Below, in pieces: positions 1 through 11,000 of a DNA stretch of 64,000 nt (the first letter of the stretch is position 1; every line of letters begins with the position of its first letter). Location: contig JABVCE010000022.1 in assembly GCA_014905635.1 (NCBI GenBank), positions 620,001 to 684,000 of the forward strand, given 5' to 3'. The notes under the pieces were generated by a model, which saw nothing but the letters and a program-made list of their open reading frames with translations, ran no database searches and had not been told where the DNA came from. The DNA comes from Scenedesmus sp. PABB004 (lineage: Eukaryota). A program made the translations under genes and the position numbers.

Positions 1-351
1 TGCGAGGGCTGGGCGCTGGGCGTGGAGGGGGAGAGGCAGGGCGCTGCTGCTGAAGGTGCCGAAGCTGGCGCGGAGGCCTGGCCCCGATGGTCGTGGCCCG
101 GGCTCGGCTGGCGAGGAACGGAGAGGCCGGCGCAGGCAGCAGGGCAAGCACCAGGCCAGTTTTTTTTGTCCCCTGCTTGCGCCCTGCGCCCGCGCTCTAT
201 GGCGGCGTGTCCGTGTGCTGGCATCTCATCGCAGAGCTCGCAGAGCGAACTGGATCGCTGCACCGAGCACCGCTGCTGCGCGCCCTCATCTCGACAGCAG
301 CTGCCGCCAGGTCCAGCTCGGGCGCGCATTGGCCACCGTCCCGCTTCCGAC

Positions 352-1986
352 ATGCTGCACAGCCGCGCACCCGCAGCCGCGCGGCGCGGCGCCGGCGGGC
401 GCAGCGCCGCCGCTCCCGTCGCTGCCGCCGCCCGCGCGCCGGCAGCGCTGCGCCGCCGCCGGCCCGCGCCCGCGGGAGCAGGCCGGGAGCCGGCAGGGGC
501 GGGCGGCGAGGGGGAGCAGGCGCCGCCGCCTGCTCCCCCTGGCGCGGCGCCCGCCGCCGCGGCGCAGCAGCCGCCGCCGCCGCTGCCCGAGCCGCTCGCG
601 GCGGCGCTGGCCGGCGCCGGCGGCGGCGGGCGGGGCGTCGCCGCGGTTTACTACGCAGCGGCGGGCGGCATGGCGGCTGCGGGGCTGCTGGCGGCGGCGC
701 AGGCGGGCCCGCTGGCGGGCGCGTGCCTGCGGCTCGGGCCGGCGCTGCCGGCCGCGCAGGCGGCGGCGCTCGTGGGCTGCGGCGCCGCGGCGCTGCTGCG
801 CGCGGCGTCGCTGGCGGCGTTTGTCGCGGTGCGCGCGGCGCTGCGGAGCGGCGCGGCTGCGCAGGGGCGGCGCGCGCCCATCGCCCCTCGCCGACCCCCG
901 CGCCGCCCGCGGCGCGCGCAGGAGGGAGCCGCGGCGGGGCAGCTGGGCAGCTGGCGCGTCCAGGTCGCCAACGTCGGCCTCGCCGCGTGCGCCGCCGCGA
1001 CCGCGCTGCTGCAGCCGCTGTCGCTCGGCGCCGCGCAGCCGTGGCTCGCGCTGCCGCTGGCGGCCGGCGGCGCCGCGGGCGCCGCGCTCTGCGGCGCCGT
1101 GTTTGTCGCGCAGGCGCGCGCGGGCGCGCTGCGCCTGCCGTCGGGGCTGGACGAGTGGGCAGCAGGTGCGCGGCCGCGCCGGCGCCGCGCGGGGCCCCCG
1201 GGGCGCGCGGCTCCGCCGCCCGCGCAGCACGCCGCCCGGGCTGACCGACCTCCCCGCCGCCGCCGCCGCCGCCGCCGGGCGCTGCTGCCGCCGCGCCCCG
1301 CCGCCGCTCGTGCAGCCGCCGAGGCGGCGTGGCTGCGCCTGCTGCTCACGCTCACCACGCTGTCGGGCTGCATCACACTCGGTCTCGGCGCCTTTGCGGC
1401 CGCGGCCGGCGCGCAGGCGCTGCTCGGCGGCGCCCCGCCGCCGGCGCTGCCCTGGGCCGTCGGCGGCGGCGCCGCCGGCGCCGGCGGCGGCGCGATGGCG
1501 TACCTGTGCCGCCTGTCGGGCGTGGGCCTGCTGCTGACGGCGCTGCAGTGCGCCGCGCTGTCCGAGGTCGCGTCGCGCGCGCGGCGGCTCTCGCCCGACA
1601 CGGCGGTCAAGCTGCTGCTGCTGGCGCGCGTGCGCGCCGACGACGGCGACGCGGGCCCGCCGCTGGGGCGCTTCGACCTGCTCACGGCCGGCTTTGTCGC
1701 CGCCGCGGTGGTGCAGGGCGCCGCGCTCGCGGGCGCCGGCGGCGCGGGCGCGGGCGCGGGCGGGCCGCTGGGCCTCTGCGCCGGCGGCGCGCTGCTGTGG
1801 CCGGGGCTCTACTGGGGCGTCCTCGCCACCGCCGCCTACGGCGTGTCGCTCCTCGCGGCGTGGGACTGGCGCGACGTCGCGGCCGGGGTGGCCGGGCTCG
1901 CGAGCGCGGCGTCGGGCTGGGTGTCGGCGGTCATGGTCGCGCTCTTCGTCGACTGGACCTGGCTGCAGGACAGCCGGCGGCGGTGA
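352..1986 (+). CDS. Hypothetical multi-pass membrane protein, possibly plastid-targeted; contains short in-frame introns
   Basis: ATG at 352 is followed by an Ala/Arg/Ser-rich leader and several hydrophobic segments (LRLLLTLTTLSGCITLGLGAF, VSAVMVALFVDWTW). Intron-like stretches at ~863-921 and ~1166-1314. TGTAA at 2137. Confidence 0.55.
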   Translation: MLHSRAPAAARRGAGGRSAAAPVAAAARAPAALRRRRPAPAGAGREPAGAGGEGEQAPPPAPPGAAPAAAAQQPPPPLPEPLAAALAGAGGGGRGVAAVYYAAAGGMAAAGLLAAAQAGPLAGACLRLGPALPAAQAAALVGCGAAALLRAASLAAFVAVRAALRSGAAAQGRRAPIAPRRPPRRPRRAQEGAAAGQLGSWRVQVANVGLAACAAATALLQPLSLGAAQPWLALPLAAGGAAGAALCGAVFVAQARAGALRLPSGLDEWAAGARPRRRRAGPPGRAAPPPAQHAARADRPPRRRRRRRRALLPPRPAAARAAAEAAWLRLLLTLTTLSGCITLGLGAFAAAAGAQALLGGAPPPALPWAVGGGAAGAGGGAMAYLCRLSGVGLLLTALQCAALSEVASRARRLSPDTAVKLLLLARVRADDGDAGPPLGRFDLLTAGFVAAAVVQGAALAGAGGAGAGAGGPLGLCAGGALLWPGLYWGVLATAAYGVSLLAAWDWRDVAAGVAGLASAASGWVSAVMVALFVDWTWLQDSRRR

Positions 1987-2136
1987 CGGCGCGCGCAGCG
2001 GGCGGGTCGCACGCGGCGGCGGCTTTGCGGCGGGGCGTGCGCGGGTGGTCGGCACGCTCCTGCCTCGCTTTGCGTAACGGGCGCCCCTTGCTTGCAAGGG
2101 ATCAGCGCTAGCGTTTGTCCGGCCGCTGGCAGGCCG

Positions 2137-2141
2137 TGTAA
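2137..2141 (+). promoter_or_regulatory. TGTAA polyadenylation signal (chlorophyte type)
   Basis: TGTAA ~150 nt downstream of the stop at 1986. Confidence 0.5.
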
Positions 2142-2324
2142 TGCCTCGCTTTGCCGTCTCGCCGCCCGCCCGCTCAGGCCCGCCTGATCAGCAGCAGGCG
2201 CCGCCCTCGCGCCCGCCGCCTTGCTGTCCAGCGCCGCGCTGCCGCCCGCGGCAGCTCACGCCACCCGCAGGCCTGCGAAGGCGCTTGTACGGATAGCTTC
2301 TCGCGCACCTGAGGCTTTTCCAGC

Positions 2325-3521
2325 ATGTTTCGACCGCAGCGGGGTCGGCGGCGAGACCCATACGCCGCGCTGCTCGCGGCGCAGCTGGCGCAGCAGATCG
2401 CGGCGCTGCCCCACAAGCCCGTAGTGACGCTGTCTGTGATGGCAGGTGCGCTGCCAGGATCACCCGCGCGCGGCGTGGCCGGCGGTGCCGCCCGCCATGC
2501 GCTGCCGCGCCGCGCGCTGCTGCCCGCCCGCGCGCCACCACCCGCCCGCGCGCTGCCGCCGCCCGCGCAGCCTGCGGGCTCGCGTTCTTTGCGGACGCGC
2601 TGCCGCCGCGGCTGGCCGCCCTGGTGCCGAGCATCTCGCGCGGCTGCCTGCAGCCGCGCGGCGTGCTGCGCGGCGAGTGGGGCCGGCTGGTCTGGGCGGC
2701 GCTGCTGCACGCGGACGAGCTGCACCTGGCCTACAACGCCAGCTCATTGCTGGTCAAGGGCGCGCAGCTCGAGCCGCGCCTCGGCGCGCCGCGCTTTGCG
2801 GCGCTGCTCGCCGAGCTGCTTTTGCTCGCGCACGGCCTGTACGTGGCGGCCGCGGCGGTCGCGGCGCACTGCGTGCCCGAGTATCGGTGCGCGCCGCGGC
2901 CGCCGGCCGCCCTTTCCGCTGCCGCCCCGGCCGCGGCCGGCCGCGCCGACAGGCGCCGCGGCGGCCGCGCGTGCAGGTACCTGTACGACTCCTGCGCCGT
3001 CGGCATCTCTGCCGTGCTGTTCGCGCTGAAGGTCGTGCTGCACGCCGGCGCGCCCGGGCACAGCGAGGTGCTCGGCGTGCGGCTCCCGACAAAGGTGCGC
3101 GGCGCTGGGCAAAGCGCACGCCGGCGGCGCCCCGGCCGTCACAAGTGGCGTGACCGCGCGCGCGCGAACCCCGCGCCCGCAGCACCTGGCGTGGGCGGAG
3201 CTCGTGCTCGCGTCGCTCGTCAACCCGCACGCGTCGTTCCTCGGCCACCTCGCCGGCATCGCCGCGGGCCTGCTGCACGTGCGCCTCGTCGCGCCCGCGC
3301 TGCCCGCCGCGCGGCGCGCGTGGCGGCGCGCCGCCCTGCGCGTGCGCCTGTGGGCGCGGCCGGGCGCGCCGCGGTTTGCGGTGGCGGAGCCGGCGCCGGC
3401 GCGGGCGGCAGCGGCCGCGCGCGAGCCGGAGCGGCCGGAGCCCGGCGGCCGGCGGCTGGGCGGCCAGGCGGTGAGCGCCGAGGAGCTGCGGCGACGGCGG
3501 CTCGCGCGCCTGGGCGGCTGA
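2325..3521 (+). CDS. Rhomboid-family intramembrane serine protease (RBL14/RHBDD1-like), multi-exon
   Basis: Spliced exons give WGRLVWAALLHADELHLAYN, catalytic GxS (AVGISAVLF) and the catalytic His motif SFLGHLAG. Confidence 0.85.
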
Positions 3522-3537
3522 GCTGCGCAGTCGAGGC

Positions 3538-3595
3538 GCGCGCCCGCGATTGAACGCCCCGCGGATCGCGCGCCCGCGATTGAACGCCCTGCGGA
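3538..3595. repeat. Two tandem copies of a 30-bp unit (gcgcgcccgcgattgaacgccc...)
   Basis: Direct duplication visible between the rhomboid stop and the EF-Tu start. Confidence 0.8.
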
Positions 3596-3780
3596 CTAAA
3601 GCGCGCGTGACGCCCGCGTGCGTGCGAGACCGTGCCGCAGTGGTCAGCGCGCTCCACCGCTCGCGCAGTCCGAATCCCAGCATCCCCTGGCAGCGAGCGC
3701 GACTCGTGGCTGGCGGGCAGCGCGCCGTGTGGTGGTGTGGCGCAGCCCGAGCAGCGCAGCAGCGCGGCGGCGGAGCAGCC

Positions 3781-6283
3781 ATGGCCTTCGCGGCCCTGCT
3801 GGCCCGGCGGGCCTGGGGGAGCGGGCGCAGCGCGGTGCCGCTGCTGCAGGGCGCCCTGGCCAGGTGCGGCGCGGCGCGGTGCGCGCGCGGCGGCGGGGGA
3901 ATGGCGCGACAGCAGCCGACCCCTCCCGGCGCGCAGGAGCGCCGGCGCGGAGCCTGGCGCAGCGCGGTGGGGGCTGAGGAGCCTGAGCTATGACATCAAC
4001 TCCCGCACCAAGCCCCACGTCAACGTGGGCACGATCGGGCACGTCGATCATGGCAAGACGACGCTCACGGCCGCCATCACCAAGGCGCGCGGGGTGCCGC
4101 ACGGCGCCAACGCCGCATGGAGGCGTGGCGCAGCGCCCCAGCGGCCCTGCGCCGCCCGCGGCCACCGCGCCGCGCGGCGCACCACACCGGCGCCGGCGCC
4201 GCCGCTGCTGCCGCCGCCGCGCAGGTGCTCGCGGAGAGCCAGGGCAGCACGACGGCGGTGCCGTTCGACCAGATCGACAAGGCGCCGGAGGAGAAGGCGC
4301 GCGGCATCACAATCAGCGCGTCGCATGGTGCGGCGGCGGCCGGCGCTGGCAGCGCAGCCGCGCCTGGCGCCCGCCGCCGCCGCAGCCGCGGCCCCCGACG
4401 GCGGACCGCCGGCGCCCCCGCCGCCGCCCCGCCCCGTGCGCCAGTTGAGTACGAGACCGACAAGCGCCACTACGCGCACGTCGACTGCCCGGGGCACGCG
4501 GACTATGTGAAAAACATGATCACCGGCGCCGCGCAGGCGAGCGGCGGCAGCGCGAGCGGCGGCAGCGCGAGCGGCAGCGCGCGCGGTGGCAGCTGCCACC
4601 ACAGCGCGAGCGGCGGCGGCGAGCAGTGCCAGCGGCAGCAGCCGCGGCGCCGAGCCGCGCCCGCAGCGGCGCGGCGCGCCACGCGCCCCACGCACGTGCC
4701 GCGCGTCGCCGCCCACCGCCACGCCGCCGCGGCGCGCAGATGGACGGCGGTATCCTGGTCGTGTCTGCGACGGACGGCCCGATGCCGCAGACGCGGGAGC
4801 ACATCCTGCTCGCGCGCCAGGTGGGCGTGCCGGGGCTGGTGGTGTTTCTGAACAAGGTCGACGCGGTGGAGGACGAGGAGCTGGTGGACCTGGTGGAGAT
4901 GGAGGTCCGGGACCTGCTCTCATTCTACAAGTGAGGGGGCAGGGTGGACGGGGCAGAGGGGGCAGAGGGCGCGGGGCGGGGAGGGATGGTGGGGCGGCGG
5001 CCAGGCCGGGAGCTCGCCCGCGCCGCGCCGCGCCGCGCCGCGCCGCGCCGCGCCGCGCCGCGCCGCGCCGCGCCGCGCCGCGCCGCGCCGTGCGCGCCGG
5101 GGGCTCGCCCAGAGCGCCGCGCCCGCCGCCTCACGCCGCCGCCTCACGCCGCCGCCGCGCCCGGCCCAGGTTTCCCGGCGACACCATCCCCGTCATCCGC
5201 GGCAGCGCGCTCTGCGCCCTCAACGGCGAGCGACCCGACATCGGCCGCGACGCGGTGCGCCGCCGCTGCCGCGCGCCGCCGCCGCCTCCCTTGCCCTGCT
5301 CCCCGCACGCGCGGGAGCGCGGGCGTACGCGCCCACGCTCCCGTTCCCGCTCCCTCAACCCTCCTTTTCCCTTCAGATCCTGAAGCTCATGGCCGCGGTG
5401 GACGAGTCCATCGCCCTGCCCCCGCGCGCGCTCGACAAGCCCTTTGCCATGCCCGTGGAGGACGTGTTCTCCATCAGCGGCCGCGGCACCGTCGTCACGG
5501 GGCGCATCGAGCAGGGTGCGCCGCCCGCGCGTGCGCGCGCGCGTGCGCCACGCCGCCGCGCCCGCGCCCGCGCGCCCTGCTGCGTCCTCCCGCCGCCGCC
5601 TCGCGCGCCCCCTCAAAAGCCCCCGTGCTCCCCGCCAACCCCCGCCCCCGCCCCCGCCCACACACACACACACACCCACACACACCACCACCACCAGGCG
5701 TGGTGAAGACGGGGGAGGACGTCGAGATTGTTGGCATGCGCGAGGGCGGGACCAAGAGCACCGTCACGGGGGTGGAGATGTTCAAGAAGCTCCTCAACCA
5801 GGGCCAGGCGGGCGACAACGTCGGCCTCCTCCTGCGCGGCATCAAGCGCGAGGACGTGCAGCGCGGACAGGCGCGGCGGCGGGGCCGCGCGGCGGCGCGG
5901 CGGGGCCGCGCGGCGGCGCGGCGGGGCCGCGCGGCGCGCGCGCGCGCGTGCGCCTCCCGCTCCGCCCTCCTGGTGCCGCCGACGGTCCCTCTCCCTCCCT
6001 GAACCCGCACCGTGCGCCGCGTCACGCGCGCGCGCAGGTCGTGTGCAAGCCGGGCAGCACCAAGGTGTACAGCGAGTTTGAGGGGGAGGTCTATGCGCTG
6101 ACCAAGGAGGAGGGCGGGCGGCACACGCCGTTCACCAACAACTACCGCCCCCAGTTTTACTTCCGCACCGCCGACATCACCGGCGTCGTCAGCCTGCCGG
6201 CCGAGACGCCGATGGTGATGCCGGGGGACAGCTTCGCGGGGCGGTTCAAGCTGCTCACGCCCGTCGCGATGGAGCCGGGGCTG

Positions 6284-6315
<32 letters not shown>

Positions 6316-6349
6316 GGGCGCGGGCGTGGTGTCCAAGGTGCTCAGCTGA
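3781..6349 (+). CDS. TUFM: Elongation factor Tu, nuclear-encoded mitochondrial; 9 exons
   Basis: N-terminal presequence, then [62 protein letters not shown] and [17 protein letters not shown]. Intron donors at 3864, 4085(GC), 4328, 4537(GC), 4931, 5255, 5516, 5871(GC). Confidence 0.96.
5017..5090. repeat. (CGCCG)n microsatellite in an EF-Tu intron
   Basis: Perfect pentamer run visible. Confidence 0.9.
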
Positions 6350-6729
6350 GCCCAACGGCGCGCACGCGCACGCACGCGGCGGCGGCGCGCCGCGGCGCGC
6401 CGCGGCGGTGGTGTGTTTGCGGGGAGGGGCTGCAGCGTTGCACGCTGCAGCGTGCGAGGGGGGGAGGGGCGTGACTGCGAGCGAGCTGTTTCGGGGCCGC
6501 GGGCCGAGCGAGCGTGCCGGCGGCCAGTGCCGCCCAGCGAGTAACGCGTTGGCACTCTCAGCGCGGCCGGCCGGCCGGCCGCGAGTCGCCGGGCAGCTCC
6601 AGGAAAATCAATAAAACAATGGTTCCTTTCAGCGTTGGGCTAGCCGCGAGCACGGTCGCTCGGATCCTGTGCAGCGGCGACCTGCCCGGAAGGTCAAGAG
6701 ACGCACGCGGCAGCGCCCGGACTGTCCCG

Positions 6730-7835
6730 CAGTCTGCACTCGGCAACTGTGGTCCCAGGTCTCTGCAGGGCCCACCGCCGCGGCCAGCGGCGGGTCAACA
6801 TGTGCAGGGCCCACCGCCGCGGCGCGCAATTCAACTCGACAATCAGCGCCCGCGAGCTTGGGTCAGGTGTTGGGTGGGTTGGGCAGGTGCAAACGAGACG
6901 AGACGAGACGCAGCGGGTCCAACGCCCGCCGCCGGTTGTTAACGCCGTGGTCTGGCAGCCCGCCAGACCTGCTGCCCCGCGCGGCCAGCCCCGCCCGTGG
7001 TGCTCCTCGCTTCAAGGCAGGCAAGGAAGGATGCTCACAGCCCCGCCCTGGCGCGCCGCGCAGCCATGCGAAAACGCGCTCCGCACGCACGGCGCCCGCT
7101 GCGTGGCGCGCGCGCACGTGCCGCGGGTATGCCGCGCTGGCGCTCCCCTGAACCTGGTCACAGTGCTCTCGAGCAGCGCTTGTCGCTGTTGGTTGGTTGG
7201 GATGCACGCGTCGCAGACGGGCGAGGCACGAGGGACATTTAGGTTGGGTGGGTGGATGTGTGTGAGGTGGATGGGCAGCCTGAGGCGCACATAGACTCGG
7301 CAAGTGTTGCAGAGGGGCCCGCAGTCCAGCCACAGGTGCAGGGTCGCAGAGGAACAGTTCAGACCAACATTCGGTGCAGTGCCCGCACGGCAAGCGCGGG
7401 CGGCGTGTTAGGCAAGTGCGTGCCAGAAGCGCGACCAGGCGGGGCGCCAGGCCCGCCAAGAAACAATCGACTCTCGCATCAATTCAATGCGCTGGCGGCA
7501 GACCTGCTGCCGCTCGGCCACCGACACGTGACGTGTGGTTGTTGGGGAGCCACCGACCGTGACGTCTGTTGTGGGGAGCGAGCGCTCCATGTCCAGTCTA
7601 GGCATGTCCAGTCTAGGAAGCATGAGGGGCGATTGCCAAGGTGCCACAGCGGCACACAGACTCGGCAAGTGCCGCAGGGTGGTGCCGGCCCAACAGGTGC
7701 AGGCCCCACAGCCGTGGAGCCACGAGGCAAAAGTCAGCCAGCGTTGCGCGTGGGTCGCCCACGGCGAGGCAAGTGCGCCAGACCAGGCCGGGCGGCAGGG
7801 CCGCCAAAACCGACTCTCTCATCAATTCCGCGCCG
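6730..7835. repeat. Degenerate repeat island of lower GC (decayed satellite or TE remnant)
   Basis: The motifs actcggcaa(g/c)tg (~6738, ~7295, ~7660), ggcaagtgcg..gaccaggc and cgactctc.catcaattc (~7468, ~7811) recur in the same order. Local tandem duplications at ~6765-6822 and ~7588-7617. Confidence 0.55.
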
Positions 7836-8077
7836 TCAGGGCGCGGCGCTTTGGCCGCGCCGGCCGCGTGCCCAGCTGCTGCCGCGCTCAGCCCGCCCCG
7901 GCTGTGTTGCTCGCTCCAGGCAGGTCCGGGTTGCTCGCAGCTTCCCGCCCCTCCTCTGGCGGGCGCGCGCCGCTGTGGCAGCGACGCCAGCCCCGCGCAC
8001 GCGCGGCAGCTCTCTCGGGTGTCAGGGCGCGGGCCCGGGGGGTGTTATCTTGGTCTAAAGAAGGAACTCTTTGCCTG

Positions 8078-11000
8078 TCAGGGCGCGTAGACCTCCACGA
8101 AGCTCGCGGCGCAGAGCATGGCGAGCAGCAAGAAGTTGACGATGAAAAACGTCCAGCTGCTGCCCGGGACGGCGCGCTCGTGAAAGTTGGGCACGGCCGC
8201 GATGGTGTGGTCGTAGATATTCTGTGGCGGCGGTGGTGCGGCGGGGGGTCAGGGCTGGCCGCGCGGCGACAGCGCAGGTCGGCGCCCGCGTGCGCGCCGC
8301 CGAGGCCGCGGCGTCACCTCTGGCAGCGTGGGGATGACGGCGCACTGCGTGCCGCAGATGCTGCCCCAGTCGTTGGTCGCGGCGGTGCCGCCGCCGAGGG
8401 CGGAGCCCCCGAGCGTCCAGTGCGCGGTGCTCTGCGCAGGGCCGCCGGCCTCCAGGGCGGCCTGCAGCCGGCTGAACGTGAAGCTGCCCGCGCCGCTCGA
8501 GCCCGACCCGGCGCGCACGCAGCCGTCGGGCGCTCCGTGCGGGTCGACCGACAGCCGCCCCACCGCGGCGGCGAGGCTCGAGAGCTGGCCGTACACGTGC
8601 GGCACAAACGTGGCCTGGTGGTGCGCGTCGTCGCCCGGCTCCAGCACCATCGCGCCGCAGTCGTTGCTGCCGGCGCTGTCCTCGCTGCTGCGCTGCTCGC
8701 TGCCGGCGCCCAGGTACCACGCGGGCACGCCCGACACCACGGTCGGCAGCTGGCCCGAGTGGATGACGGGGAGGCGCCCCACCGGCTCGCCGCCCGCGCG
8801 CCGCCGCGCGGGCTGCGGCGACGACGGCGGCGCGGGCGCGGGCGGCGCGCGGTGCTCGTCGGGCGCCGCCGCCGCGAGCGAGGCGGCGAGGTCGGCGACC
8901 ACCGCGCCGGGCAGGAGGCTCCCGTCGACGCCGACCGCGAGCAGGCGGGCGCTGCCGCCGGCGCGGCCGGGCCCCGCGCTGGGCCCGGGCTCAGGGAGAA
9001 TCACATGCGTCAGCAGGCTGGCCGCCTCCATCACGCTCGCGGTGCGCCCCGGCAGGCTGATGCGGCCAAAGCTCGACGGCCCCACCGCGCGCACGCACTC
9101 GCCCGCCGCGCTCAGCGGCAGGACCGGCGCCGGCGGCGGCAGGTGGAGCGACGCGCGCCGCCAGCCCCCGGTGAGGCGGCTGACGTCCAGCGACATGCGC
9201 CGCGGCGCCGCCGGCGCGCCGTCCGCCTCGCCCTCGGCAGCATTGAACGAGCGCACGCGGCGGGGCGCGCGGCGCACGGCCGCCGGCGCCGCCGGCACGG
9301 GCGCGGGCGCCGGCACGGCGTACAGGTCGCTGGCCAGCACGCTGGCCAGCGGCAGCCTGGGCGGCGCCGGCGCCTCCGCCACCAGCTCCAGGCTCGGCCG
9401 CGCCGACGGCGCGGGGCTGCCCAGCTCCGCGAGTGCGGCGCGCGCCGCGGCGTCGTCGGCGGAGCTCGCCACGCTCGCGGTGTCGCAGTGGCTCGCGCCG
9501 CCGGCGCCACGCGCGCCGCCGCGCTCCTCGACCACCACCTCCAGCGCGGACGCGCCGGCGGCGCGCGCGTGCCAGGCGGCGTGGTCGAGCGAGAGCCGGC
9601 GGCCGGCCTCGAGGGAGCGGCGCACGAGGCCCGTGTGCGCCCCCGCGTGCGCCCCCGCGTGCGCCCCCGCGTGCGCCTCGGGGTGCAGCGCGTGATCCAG
9701 CGCGCCCACGCCCGTCAGCGGCAGCGCCGCGCCGGGCCAGGCGGGCGCGCCGACGTCGAGCGCCGCACGCGGCCGCCAGCGCGCGGTGGCGTCGAGACCC
9801 GCGCCCGGGCGGGGCGCGGCGCCGCCGCTGGTGAACGAGGCGCTGCTCCGCTGATCCGAGCTCGCCGACGCCCGGCTCGTGCGGCTGCCCGCGGCTCCCG
9901 CCAGGGCGTCGGGCAGCGAGTGGACCCGGCCGTCGGGCAGCGAGTGGACCCGGCCGTCGGGCAGCGAGTGGACCCGGCCGGCAGGCGGCTCGTGGTGCGG
10001 CGCCCAGCGGTCGATGGACAGCCGGCGCAGCACGCCGGCCCACACCGAGCCGCCATGCCCCGAGCCGCCCTGCTCGCCGTCCGAGTGCTTGGTCGCGCCG
10101 GCGTGCTGGTCGTCGGCGCCGTCGTCGGGCACGACGTCGCAGACCACCTCGTGCTCCTCCGCCGGCGCGGCCTTGCCCGACGCCGCCGCGAGCAGGTCGC
10201 GCGGGTGCACGCTGCGCTCCAGCAGCGCGGCGCGCTGCTGCGCGCGCTCCTCGCGCGAGGGCAGGTGGAGCAGCGTGTCCCAGCGGATGCGCCACCCCTC
10301 GGCCGTCTCCTCCCTGGCGCGGCGCGGGCGGCGCGGCGCGGCCGCGGCGTGGGCGCGGCGCGGCACGACCGAGGCGCGGCGCAGCACAGCACGCGGCGCG
10401 CGGCGCGCGCGGCGCGCGCGCGGGCCGCGCGCGCAGGCCGGTGCGCGTGCACGCGCACCTGGGCAGGAGCGTGGAGAGGGGCGGCCAGATGCTGAGCACC
10501 ACGAGGCCGCCCCACATGATACTGATGAGGTAGACCACGATCTCCCAGGGCCCGTACATGCCGCGGCAGGCCTGCACCAGGAAGTAAGTCACGCCCGCGG
10601 CAAAGCCGGCCAGCCAGACCAGGTACGGCCACGTCACCGACAGTGTCGCGCGCAGCGCGTCCCACTGCCGCGGCGCGCAGCCGCACGCGGCGGTGTCCTT
10701 GGACGTCACGGTGAAGCCGATCTGGGCGCGTCAAGGGGGCGGGACGGGGGGGGGGGGTGAGCGGGTGAGAGCGGGCGCGCGCGGAGGGACGGCGGCGCGC
10801 AGAGCTCCCACGCAACGCGTCGCGCGGCCGCCTCTCCCTCACCTCAAAGTTGAAGAGCCGCTTGAGCAGCCAGTTCTCGGCGACCAGGACCTTCCAGATC
10901 GCCTTGATGTGGTTGGGCGAGATCCACACCCACATCTGGCTGCCGCGCCACATCTCCTGACTCCCGCCCTCCACGCTGCGGTGCACCCACCAGAGCATCA

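Noticed and set aside
3781..6349. Plastid tufA transferred to the nucleus
   Set aside because: The presequence and sequence look mitochondrial-type, and chlorophyte plastid tufA is normally plastid-encoded. An ordinary gene.
7535..10495. 986-aa plus-strand ORF and the many other long Arg/Ala/Pro/Gly-rich ORFs
   Set aside because: They are antisense or off-frame shadows of real genes. Stop codons are rare at this GC content and no domain motifs are present.
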